Positions 1 through 8,340 are shown, numbered from the stretch's first letter. The stretch is DNA of 64,000 nucleotides from a virus (IMGVR_UViG_3300042870_001240); one strand, 5' to 3'. Notes: a model not told the origin generated them from the letters alone. A program made the numbers and translations.

Positions 1-200
1 CATTAAAAACATCTGACGAATCTGAAAGATTTATCGATATTTTAACAAAAAAATTTAATGATGATGGTAGAAAGGATTGTTTACTAGTAAAGGATTACTC
101 AACCCCTCAAAGAAAATATCTTTATGAACTACTAGTTAAAATGGGGTTTGAGAAATCTTATCTTCAGAGGAGTTCAACAACTTATCCTTCAAAAAAATAA
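1..200 (+). CDS. 3' end of a hypothetical protein, truncated at the window edge and absent from the ORF track; overlaps the convergent 136..402 gene
   Basis: Frame open from nt 3 (LKTSDESERF...KDYSTPQRKYLYELLVKMGFEKSYLQRSSTTYPSKK) to TAA at 198-200. Confidence 0.65.
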   Translation, partial: LKTSDESERFIDILTKKFNDDGRKDCLLVKDYSTPQRKYLYELLVKMGFEKSYLQRSSTTYPSKK

Positions 201-402
201 ATTCAGTTCCTGAAATATCAATTTTAAATTGAGTAGTATTATTATCAAAATTATTTACTTGGGCTTTGGTTCTATTAAAATCTTCATCATTTAAACAAAA
301 CACAACAACAGATTTTGCCTTAGGAAATATATCAACTAATGAGTCCGATAATACCGCAAATCTTTGTATCACCCCATTAACACCTTCTTTATTCTTTTCC
401 AT
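136..402 (-). CDS. hypothetical protein, 88 aa
   Basis: ORF in a tight minus-strand gene run. Confidence 0.6.
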   Translation of the reverse strand: MEKNKEGVNGVIQRFAVLSDSLVDIFPKAKSVVVFCLNDEDFNRTKAQVNNFDNNTTQFKIDISGTEFIFLKDKLLNSSEDKISQTPF

Positions 403-563
403 AGACTTAATTTTATATTTTCTTTTTTAGGAATTAATTCCTCTTTTTTATGTTTTTTGATTTCCTTAATTAAATCTAATTTACTTTTTTCAAGTAATAT
501 TTGGTCTTTTCTATTCTCCTTTTCCAACCACTCCAGTTGTATCAAGTTCTTCTTCATTGTCAA
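369..563 (-). CDS. hypothetical Lys/Glu-rich protein, 64 aa
   Basis: ORF in a tight minus-strand gene run. Confidence 0.6.
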   Translation of the reverse strand: MTMKKNLIQLEWLEKENRKDQILLEKSKLDLIKEIKKHKKEELIPKKENIKLSLWKRIKKVLMG

Positions 564-945
564 CTAATTCTATTTTATTTTGTTTAATATCAAAGTGTAA
601 ACTTTTTAAATTACTTAAGTTTTGTTTTTCAAATATCATTTTTAACTCATTCACCTTTGAGTCAAATAGTTTTTCTTTTTCCTCTCTTTCAAGATTGTAT
701 TTTATAATATTTTGAATATTACCGGAAACTTTTTCAACATCTTCTTCAGTTATTTCTGACACAAACGAAAATAATCTTTCATTTGGTATTGTTGTAGTTT
801 GTTCCATAACTTTTTCCTCATTTACAAATTTCTTAGGTAGTTTCCACGTATTTGGAAAACTAACATCAAAAGTTAGATAAGTTTTAATTTTCCTAACAGA
901 CTGTAGGTAAGGAAATAGTATCGAGAATTCTTTATATAAGCTCAT
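511..945 (-). CDS. hypothetical protein, 144 aa
   Basis: ORF in a tight minus-strand gene run. Confidence 0.7.
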   Translation of the reverse strand: MSLYKEFSILFPYLQSVRKIKTYLTFDVSFPNTWKLPKKFVNEEKVMEQTTTIPNERLFSFVSEITEEDVEKVSGNIQNIIKYNLEREEKEKLFDSKVNELKMIFEKQNLSNLKSLHFDIKQNKIELVDNEEELDTTGVVGKGE

Positions 946-947
946 AA

Positions 948-1145
948 TTAATTTTGTATTAAATAAGTTAAGGTGTAGGTAACCGCCAATCCTAAGGATA
1001 TAAGTTCCCTTCCACTTAACACCAATTTAGTTGGTGGTGATTGTGATAGGGCACTTACAAACCTAAAAACCGTTCTTACCACGGTTAATACCGAAAAGAT
1101 AAATATAAATAAAAATATACTATCTAAATTATTCATTATCGGCAC
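948..1145 (-). CDS. small two-TM membrane protein
   Basis: Two hydrophobic segments (IFLFIFIFSVLTVV; LISLGLAVTYTLTYL). Confidence 0.6.
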   Translation of the reverse strand: MPIMNNLDSIFLFIFIFSVLTVVRTVFRFVSALSQSPPTKLVLSGRELISLGLAVTYTLTYLIQN

Positions 1146-1311
1146 TTTTGTTTTCTTCCAAAATTTCTTTTCTCAAAGTTTGTAATAAGTCTTTTAACAC
1201 TTGTGCAGTTTTTCTAGCACGAGTTCCAGCGCTTTTATTCCCTTTGAAGAATTTTGTGGTATTAGCCGACAATTCTTCTGTCATTGTTTTAATTTTTTCT
1301 AATGTTTCCAT
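1129..1311 (-). CDS. histone H1-like (Hc1 family) nucleoid protein
   Basis: GNKSAGTRARK matches the GNKAAGTRARK core of Chlamydia Hc1 and Bacteroidota histone H1-like proteins; 60 aa helical hairpin. Confidence 0.75.
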   Translation of the reverse strand: METLEKIKTMTEELSANTTKFFKGNKSAGTRARKTAQVLKDLLQTLRKEILEENKSADNE

Positions 1312-1341
1312 TTGATTTTATTTATTAATTTTATTACTGAT

Positions 1342-1370
1342 AAAGTAAACTTTTTTTACTCTATAGTAAA
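1342..1370 (-). promoter_or_regulatory. putative promoter TTTACT-N17-TACTTT upstream of the Hc1-like gene
   Basis: Minus strand reads TTTACT, 17 nt, TACTTT in the 1312-1387 intergenic gap. Confidence 0.35.
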
Positions 1371-1387
1371 CAATACACATATTTTTT

Positions 1388-1855
1388 TTATTTTTTCATA
1401 TGTTTATCCAACATCTTATAAATTGAAGATATCATATCAATATCAGATTTAGTGAAGGGTTTTTTTGTGTCAAATAAATCACTGAAAAAACTTCCGATAG
1501 ATTTTCTAATCTTTTCATCTTTCTGATTATAAAAAATTTCATCAAAGAATGACTTGAAATAATCAAAATGTTCACCATCATATTCAAAAATTAATTCTTC
1601 CTTTTTAAAATTGTCAATGATTTTATTCCAACACCATTCAAAGTGTCGTTGATTATCATCCTCACTTAAAGTTATTTTAGTTTCATTTGATTTTGGTGGT
1701 TCCCCTAAATAAGTGTCAACTATTAAAATATTCAATGAGTGACTAAAATCAGAAAATAATTCCAATTTTTCGGGAATAATATTATTACTCCTGAACCAAA
1801 GGTCTACCTCTTCGGGGGTTAATGGTTTTGTTATATAATTAAAAAAATTCTCCAT
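1388..1855 (-). CDS. hypothetical protein, 155 aa
   Basis: ORF with globular composition. Confidence 0.75.
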   Translation of the reverse strand: MENFFNYITKPLTPEEVDLWFRSNNIIPEKLELFSDFSHSLNILIVDTYLGEPPKSNETKITLSEDDNQRHFEWCWNKIIDNFKKEELIFEYDGEHFDYFKSFFDEIFYNQKDEKIRKSIGSFFSDLFDTKKPFTKSDIDMISSIYKMLDKHMKK

Positions 1856-1875
1856 AAGAAATGTCTTATGGAGAA
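1841..1875 (-). terminator. intrinsic terminator overlapping the start codon of 1388..1855
   Basis: Perfect 12-bp stem TTCTCCATAAGA-4 nt loop-TCTTATGGAGAA followed by U7 on the minus strand. Confidence 0.7.
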
Positions 1876-1903
1876 AATATAATAACTATTATTTAAATGT
1901 ATA

Positions 1904-3391
1904 TTACTGAGTCTTTCTATCGTATGAAATTAATGATTTCATTTTTTCAAATTCTTCATTTAACTTCTTATCTGTTTTTGATTCAGTTGATTCAACTTTA
2001 ATGTCTAACCCTTTTCCTGACTCTTGACCTGGTTTATCTGTAACGACAGGTTGGGGTGATTTATTTGCCGCCATTCTTTTAGCTTTAGCAAATTTATTTT
2101 CTTTTCGTTTTTTATTAAGTTTTGCCCCTAATTCAGTTTTTTCAGCATTTATCCATTCAGGATTATTACCTGTTCTTGAAGACCCTTCGATATTATCTTT
2201 CATCCAATCTTCATTGGGATGTATTTCATCGTAATCAAGATTTTCCATACCAGGTCTCATGTAATCATCCAAAAATTCTTCACCATCTTTAGAAACTTCG
2301 TAAGCCATTTTTTTCATTTTTGCTAATCCACCATTACTTTTTGGGAAATGTTTAGGGTTTGTTTCGTAATCCCCTTTAGAACCGTCTTTTAAGTATTCTT
2401 TCATTTTCTTAGCAACAGATTTGATATAATCATCATTCTCTTTACCAGAACCTTTAAACGCTCTTTTATATGTGGTTAATCCTTTAGGTTCGGTTAAATT
2501 TTTAATATTAGATTTTACTTTGTCCTCTAATACAATTTTTTCAATCAAATCAATCATTTCTGATTCAGATAACTTAAGAGATTTTTTTAATTTAACACCT
2601 CTACCCATTAATACATCTTTACGAGTTACTTTACCGTCACCACTCAAATCAGGAAATTTTTTCTTACTTTCATTACTTTCACCAAACGCTTTATCTAATG
2701 CCCAAGTAGCAACCGATGGTGCCGCTGCAACTGCCATATCCGCAGCTAAAGCTTGCCATTGTTCATCCGTTTCTCCACCTTTTCTCAACATTCTGAAGTC
2801 TTCCGCATCAATCTTATTGTTTTTGTTCTTATCAATTTTTTTTTGATTACCTCGTAATCTTTCATTCATATTCATTTCCATACCTAAACATTTTTCTTGG
2901 TATCTCTCATCTTCAGGTCCGAACATTTTTTTCTGATATCTACAAAATTCACTATTTTCCTCTTCTTTTTCAGATTTTTCCTCTTCAAAATCAACATCAT
3001 CTTCTTCTTGGACATAATCGAACGATTGTTTTTTAGGAAAGTTTTTGGATACATCATAGATATCTTCATCCATATATGATTTACCACATTCCATACATTC
3101 ACCTTCATACATACCTCCACCACATTCACAAACTTCAGATTCTTCATCAAGTTCATTCCATTTCTCTTCATCGTCAGAACTCATTCCACCTCTAACAGGT
3201 TTCTTTAATAAGTCCTCGATTTCTTCATCAGTCATTTTTGATAAGTTAGGTTTATCAGACTTACGATGGTCATCATCCATTCCACCTAACTCATTTATTT
3301 TAGAAACTAAACTATTCGCTCTACCTTCTAAAGTTTCATTGATAATTTTACTCACTAAGTTATCAATATATGTGCTGTTAATTTTTTTCAT
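1904..3391 (-). CDS. acidic putative head-internal/scaffold-type protein with two EF-hand-like loops
   Basis: DKNKNNKIDAEDF and DLSGDGKVTRKD loops; many I/L-x-E motifs; TATTTAT upstream. Confidence 0.55.
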   Translation of the reverse strand: MKKINSTYIDNLVSKIINETLEGRANSLVSKINELGGMDDDHRKSDKPNLSKMTDEEIEDLLKKPVRGGMSSDDEEKWNELDEESEVCECGGGMYEGECMECGKSYMDEDIYDVSKNFPKKQSFDYVQEEDDVDFEEEKSEKEEENSEFCRYQKKMFGPEDERYQEKCLGMEMNMNERLRGNQKKIDKNKNNKIDAEDFRMLRKGGETDEQWQALAADMAVAAAPSVATWALDKAFGESNESKKKFPDLSGDGKVTRKDVLMGRGVKLKKSLKLSESEMIDLIEKIVLEDKVKSNIKNLTEPKGLTTYKRAFKGSGKENDDYIKSVAKKMKEYLKDGSKGDYETNPKHFPKSNGGLAKMKKMAYEVSKDGEEFLDDYMRPGMENLDYDEIHPNEDWMKDNIEGSSRTGNNPEWINAEKTELGAKLNKKRKENKFAKAKRMAANKSPQPVVTDKPGQESGKGLDIKVESTESKTDKKLNEEFEKMKSLISYDRKTQ

Positions 3392-3424
3392 GTTACTTTT
3401 TATTTAATAAATATCTTAAAATTT

Positions 3425-4351
3425 TTATTTGACATTATAATATTCATAAGACAAGATGGATTTAATAACATTTTCACTAATTCCGTGTTTCTCACTTATA
3501 TTTTTAATTACTTTTTTAAAGGTTTCATTCTCAAATATGTTCAAGGCTTTAATATCCCCCTGATTACAATATGGGAATTTTTTACATTTCTCTTTTACTT
3601 GAACAAACTTTCCTCCAGGGATTTGAGTTTTAGATTTACCTCTCCAATCTTTTTTATTGGTTGATTTCGCCCAAGCGGCAGTTGTTACATAAGACCCTGA
3701 GGAGGCCGAACCAGTCGCTTCTTTAGTTTCAACTTTTTTAACTTTTCCTTGACAGTGAGCCTTTTGACTAAACCCTTTTGGATTATCACAATCAATACTG
3801 TCTTTATATTTCTTAGACCATTTTTCTTCAACTTCTTCACTTTCTTTGATAGGAACACAATTAGGAACTTTTTTACCGTTCTTGTCTTTCATACCATTTT
3901 GTTTATACCCTTTCCAACATGACTCATTCATAGACTTTATTGGTTTTGGAGCCTCGTCTGAGAACATGGTTAACTTTGGAGCTTTGAAGGATGTTTGTTT
4001 CATCTCTTCCATTTCTTTTTTAGTGACCGAAAATAGTGGTGCCGAGTATCCTCCCGCAGAACCTGAACCTGTTGATTCTTTAGATTCTCCACCGATAAAA
4101 CTATACATCTTTCCAATAGGTTTATCTAATTTAGGTGTTCCAACTATTTTGTCAGATACTCCTCTTTTTATTTTTCGTTTAATCACTTGTTCTTTTTTGT
4201 TTTTATCTTTATTTTCACCAAGACTTCCAAGAGCGTTGTTAAAATCGTTTTGATTTTGCATTCTTTCGACAGGGTCAACACCACCAGTTTCACCAAATCT
4301 TTTATTCATGGTAATTTTTAAATTTGTAGTTAAATTTTCGTTGATTTTCAT
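3425..4351 (-). CDS. modular Cys-motif protein, putative head-internal protein
   Basis: ESCWKGY...VPNCVP, EKWSKKYKDSIDCDNPKGFSQKAHC and CKKFPYCNQG modules separated by xxE sites. Confidence 0.55.
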   Translation of the reverse strand: MKINENLTTNLKITMNKRFGETGGVDPVERMQNQNDFNNALGSLGENKDKNKKEQVIKRKIKRGVSDKIVGTPKLDKPIGKMYSFIGGESKESTGSGSAGGYSAPLFSVTKKEMEEMKQTSFKAPKLTMFSDEAPKPIKSMNESCWKGYKQNGMKDKNGKKVPNCVPIKESEEVEEKWSKKYKDSIDCDNPKGFSQKAHCQGKVKKVETKEATGSASSGSYVTTAAWAKSTNKKDWRGKSKTQIPGGKFVQVKEKCKKFPYCNQGDIKALNIFENETFKKVIKNISEKHGISENVIKSILSYEYYNVK

Positions 4352-4352
4352 A

Positions 4353-4598
4353 TTAAGCGTTTTTTAATCTAGGTGCCCAATACCCTCTCTGAGTATACAT
4401 AAATTGATAAAATTCACTGAAAACTCGAATAACAATGTCTTTAACATCCCCTTCAAGTTTTCCTCGTCTAATCTCTTTTGATAAGGTATCCATTAGTTTA
4501 TCTTCGTATTGTTTCATAGTATTATTCCCCATGAAATCTTTAATTTCTTTACGAATTATTACTTCAATTTGTTTTTTATCGGTATCAGTTAACGCCAT
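4353..4598 (-). CDS. hypothetical protein, 81 aa
   Basis: ORF tightly packed (1-nt gaps) between neighbours. Confidence 0.7.
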   Translation of the reverse strand: MALTDTDKKQIEVIIRKEIKDFMGNNTMKQYEDKLMDTLSKEIRRGKLEGDVKDIVIRVFSEFYQFMYTQRGYWAPRLKNA

Positions 4599-4599
4599 C

Positions 4600-5232
4600 T
4601 TATTTTTTTAATTTAATCTTCCAATAAATACCTCCTTGGATTGAAACGGTTTTTGCATTACTGTATCCAATCCCAATTGAATATACCTTATCTTTTTTAT
4701 CTTTAATTAGTAGAGATGGTCCAACAAAATTTACTATATTGACTTTGTCGAATCCAGCAACTCCACCAATAAATACCATAACTTTAGGTGGTTGTTCTAA
4801 ATACAATGTTTCTTTAATTGTTATTTTATTTACATGTGAAACAAATGTTCTATTTAAAATTTTATTTTTAAATATGGTATCGTTAATTGTAATAAACCCT
4901 AATCCCTCAGTAAGTTTAACCGTATCTTTATAAGGATATTTGGTATAATAATCTCGTAAGATTGCCACAGTATCAACATTAGTAGGCACTTTTACATAAA
5001 CAGGTTTATCAACAAAAATAACCTCACCCGGTCTATAAACAACTTGTTTTACGGGTTTATATACCGTATCAATGTCATGTTTAACCACAACGTATTTTTT
5101 ACCATTAACTTTAATTGTTCCCCCTTTTTTAGGTTTTACTGTTGAGGTGCACGCCCTCATTAATAAGATAACAATAATTAATACCAAGATTAATATTGTT
5201 TTTAAATCTAATTTTTTTAAAAAATATATCAT
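4600..5232 (-). CDS. membrane-anchored or lipoprotein, spanin-like candidate
   Basis: N-terminal hydrophobic helix ending LMRAC; beta-rich body; lies near the amidase-fold gene. Confidence 0.4.
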   Translation of the reverse strand: MIYFLKKLDLKTILILVLIIVILLMRACTSTVKPKKGGTIKVNGKKYVVVKHDIDTVYKPVKQVVYRPGEVIFVDKPVYVKVPTNVDTVAILRDYYTKYPYKDTVKLTEGLGFITINDTIFKNKILNRTFVSHVNKITIKETLYLEQPPKVMVFIGGVAGFDKVNIVNFVGPSLLIKDKKDKVYSIGIGYSNAKTVSIQGGIYWKIKLKK

Positions 5233-5843
5233 TAGTCTGTTTTTTTAGTTTTCTTTCTTGATGCTAATATTGTTGCCCACTTTGATTTAAATTTTTCATA
5301 ATAAGACTTTAGTTTTGTAACAAACTCAATAAACTTATCATCCATTTTCATCATTTCACCATCAATATAAATACCATTCTCTTCTCCAATTGAATATGTA
5401 AATTCAACATCAAAGTCGATAATTTTACCTGACCACTCAATATTATTTGGGTAGACGTTTAACTTATTAAAATCCACTAAGTCAGATACTTCAGTAACAA
5501 ATTCATCCATGGTTTCCTGAAAGGCGATTTTTTCATCAGTGGTTAATTCTAATTCAGTTTGGGTTTTTCCGTGTAACACCAAAATACCCCCTGAAATTCT
5601 ATATCCTTGTGATTTATCTTTCTCAGGAGTTTTTTCGTCATTATCATAATTAATAGCAGTTTCTATCTCATCACCAACATTAAATTTTTTAGTTATATCA
5701 CCAGATGTCATATTAACATCTTGTTCAGTTAAGATACCATACTGTTTCTTAATACTTATGGATTCTTTTAATGTCTCAGAGTTAGAAAGCATAGTTCTTG
5801 ACGCCTTCAATAAGTTTTTTATTTCATCATGTGAGTTGTTCAT
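5232..5843 (-). CDS. hypothetical protein, possible head-internal protein
   Basis: 203-aa ORF; LKES and LTEQ motifs in the N-terminal part. Confidence 0.6.
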   Translation of the reverse strand: MNNSHDEIKNLLKASRTMLSNSETLKESISIKKQYGILTEQDVNMTSGDITKKFNVGDEIETAINYDNDEKTPEKDKSQGYRISGGILVLHGKTQTELELTTDEKIAFQETMDEFVTEVSDLVDFNKLNVYPNNIEWSGKIIDFDVEFTYSIGEENGIYIDGEMMKMDDKFIEFVTKLKSYYEKFKSKWATILASRKKTKKTD

Positions 5844-6432
5844 TTTCTATTTTTTTTAAAAATTTTTCAAAATTAAAGGCCGGACTAACATCGGTAAAAT
5901 TAGAATCAAAATTACTTTTGGTTACCACTCCTTCAAACTTTTCAATACCATTTATTCTCGTATTATGTCCAATAACATTATCCTTTATCCCCAACTCATT
6001 AAACAACATTTTACATAAAATAACTGTAGAATCTATTTGTTTTTCTGTGTATGGTTCCCAAAAGAAATAATCTCTCCATTTTTTTTCGAACACATTACCT
6101 TTATAAATATCGCCAATCCAGTTAACGTAATAATCTTTTAGCGGTTCTTTTTGTAACCACCCTAAATTTTCCAATACAATAACCACTGAATTTTGATTTA
6201 CATTAGTTTCGGATAAGAATTTTGAGTGTTCGGTGTTTGAAAGTAGGTTTAATACCTTACCTTCTTTGGTAATAACGTAATTCGGAATCTTAGGGTTTTT
6301 CCCGTTATACCTAAATTTTAAAGATTGTAAATAATTTTCAACGTTTCTTGAGGTGTGAGAAAGAATAATTTGATGTTTCTTTTTCTGTTTACCTAACGGT
6401 TTAAAGTTCCCATATTTTATTATATCGACCAT
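5827..6432 (-). CDS. N-acetylmuramoyl-L-alanine amidase (Amidase_2) fold protein with a degenerate active site
   Basis: QIILSHTS, NYVITKEGKV, NSVVIVLENLGWL, YTEKQIDS and TDVSP follow the Amidase_2 layout. Confidence 0.7.
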   Translation of the reverse strand: MVDIIKYGNFKPLGKQKKKHQIILSHTSRNVENYLQSLKFRYNGKNPKIPNYVITKEGKVLNLLSNTEHSKFLSETNVNQNSVVIVLENLGWLQKEPLKDYYVNWIGDIYKGNVFEKKWRDYFFWEPYTEKQIDSTVILCKMLFNELGIKDNVIGHNTRINGIEKFEGVVTKSNFDSNFTDVSPAFNFEKFLKKIENEQLT

Positions 6433-6442
6433 TTAACATAAC

Positions 6443-7150
6443 TTAAAGGTTTATTAAATTAACTGGTTTACTATAGGTTAATCTTCTAACCCCATCATTG
6501 GTTGTTGTTGTTGTGATATTAGATATTAGATTTTCTTGGATGTCAAAGTATCTTAATGATTCCTCATCCATTATCTCACCTATTTCCGCCTTCCCATCCA
6601 AATCATCCACCAAATCAGTTATTTGAGTCTCTGATTCAACTTTGGGAGTATCATGTACGGTATCATGTACGGTTGTAGAGTCAGGTTTATCATCTTCATA
6701 TTTAATAAAAAAGTGTAAAGATGTTAATGAAATGATAGGTAATAATCCGCCTTCCAAAAACGCCAACCATCTTTTAAGTGAAATAACATCAGTTATGTCC
6801 GTTCCAAACGCATCCCAAACAGGTGATGTTAATTCAACCCATGATTTAAATAAATCTCCATTGGCGTCAATTTCTTTATAGGAAAAGAATATGTTCCCTA
6901 TCATTTGAATAAAGGTCACTAACCCAAACATAAACCATACCCCTCCTTTAATCTTGTTAGTTGCGGCAACCAATGCAGTCATCGCACCAATCTCAATTGC
7001 GATAGATAGGTAGATAGCCCAACTTATTGGATTTGCAAGATTATACCAAGAAACAACGTGTGAAATTGAAATACCCGCTACTAAAAGTATTGGAACCAAA
7101 AACATGGCTCTATTCGGATTTAATTTAATCCATTCCCAAATTTTTTTCAT
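6443..7150 (-). CDS. multi-pass membrane protein (about 4 TM) with an acidic tail; holin-like candidate
   Basis: Four hydrophobic segments in the N-terminal 150 aa. Confidence 0.5.
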   Translation of the reverse strand: MKKIWEWIKLNPNRAMFLVPILLVAGISISHVVSWYNLANPISWAIYLSIAIEIGAMTALVAATNKIKGGVWFMFGLVTFIQMIGNIFFSYKEIDANGDLFKSWVELTSPVWDAFGTDITDVISLKRWLAFLEGGLLPIISLTSLHFFIKYEDDKPDSTTVHDTVHDTPKVESETQITDLVDDLDGKAEIGEIMDEESLRYFDIQENLISNITTTTTNDGVRRLTYSKPVNLINL

Positions 7151-7476
7151 TTTTCTAAGTTTTTAAGATTTTGTTTAACAATCTTATGTAATTCCATTAA
7201 TTGTTCTCCTCTATTTTTAGATGAAATGTAGTTATCGTATTCGGTATGAATTTTGATTTTTTCAACTCTAATGACTTCAGAAATATTATTAATAGTGTCT
7301 TTCTGACCTTTTATAACTGTTGTCAAACTATCGATAACTTCAGTGGTTTTGGTTTTAGATTTTTCTAGTTTTCTAACCTCACTTGACTTGGAGCATGAAC
7401 GGAAGAAGAAAATGACCAACAAAGACGCTAAGATATGTATCTTATAATTTTTAACAAATTCAATAATTTTTTTCAT
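7147..7476 (-). CDS. putative lipoprotein or membrane-anchored coiled-coil protein, spanin-like candidate
   Basis: Hydrophobic helix ending FFRSC, then a heptad-like region. Confidence 0.45.
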   Translation of the reverse strand: MKKIIEFVKNYKIHILASLLVIFFFRSCSKSSEVRKLEKSKTKTTEVIDSLTTVIKGQKDTINNISEVIRVEKIKIHTEYDNYISSKNRGEQLMELHKIVKQNLKNLEK

Positions 7477-7497
7477 AATATTTTTCTATAAAAGTAA

Positions 7498-7529
7498 AAA
7501 ACCTTCTATTATAATAAATAGAAGGTTTT
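7498..7529 (-). terminator. intrinsic terminator after the sigma gene, with TATTTAT across the stem and loop
   Basis: 13-bp perfect stem AAAACCTTCTATT/AATAGAAGGTTTT, 6-nt loop, U-rich tail. Confidence 0.75.
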
Positions 7530-7537
7530 AAACTTTT

Positions 7538-8338
7538 TTACATGTAGTCGAATAACACCGAACTATCATTCCTTAATTTTCGTAGTGCCTTTTCTTTTAT
7601 CTGTCTGACCCTCTCTTTCGTAAGACTGAAATCTCCACCAATATCCTCTAAAGTTCTTGGTGACCCAGAGATACCAAAATAATCCTCAATAATAACCTTT
7701 TCTCGGTCATCTAACGAATTTAATAAACCAATTAACTTAGACTTTAACAAATCCTTACTGTTGAATACTTCGTCAGGCATATCCGCGTCTTTATTTTTAA
7801 TGATGTCGAATAATGTATCACCTTCTTCATTAATATCTATATCAAGGTAAATCATTGATGGTAGTCCTTGGAATTTGGCATCTAAATCCCCACCATTAGA
7901 TTCTATCGCTTTTTTGGCTCTGTGTAAGTCTTGTACTACATTAACAGGAAGTCGAATGGTTCTCGCGTTGTCATTCAGTGACTGTAAGATTGATTGTTTA
8001 ACCCACCAAACAGCATAAGAGATAAATCTTAAATCTTTATTCCAATCAAAGTTTTTAATCGCCTTCATTAACCCAAAATTCCCTTCAGCAATTAAATCAG
8101 GGAAATCCAACCCTTGGTTTTGATACTGTTTTGCGACCGTAATTACAAATCGTAAATTACCCTCAAGCAACTCTTTATGAACCTTCTCTTTTTGAGAGTC
8201 TGTCAATGTTCCTGACTTCATCATCCCCGCTAATTCTTTTTCTCGTTGTGGGGTCATAACTTTTATCCTACGGATGTCCTTAAGATAGTGCTGAATTTCT
8301 TCTTGATTAATTATAATTCCTGTGTTTTTGTCTTTCAT
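7538..8338 (-). CDS. sigma70-family (RpoD/SigA-like) RNA polymerase sigma factor, Bacteroidota type
   Basis: Region 1.2 (YLKDIRRIKVMTPQREKEL), region 2 (NLRFVITVAKQYQNQG...DLIAEGNFGLMKA...RFISYAVWWVKQSI), region 4 HTH (TLEDIGGDFSLTKERVRQIKEKALRKLR). Confidence 0.92.
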   Translation of the reverse strand: MKDKNTGIIINQEEIQHYLKDIRRIKVMTPQREKELAGMMKSGTLTDSQKEKVHKELLEGNLRFVITVAKQYQNQGLDFPDLIAEGNFGLMKAIKNFDWNKDLRFISYAVWWVKQSILQSLNDNARTIRLPVNVVQDLHRAKKAIESNGGDLDAKFQGLPSMIYLDIDINEEGDTLFDIIKNKDADMPDEVFNSKDLLKSKLIGLLNSLDDREKVIIEDYFGISGSPRTLEDIGGDFSLTKERVRQIKEKALRKLRNDSSVLFDYM

Positions 8339-8340
8339 AT

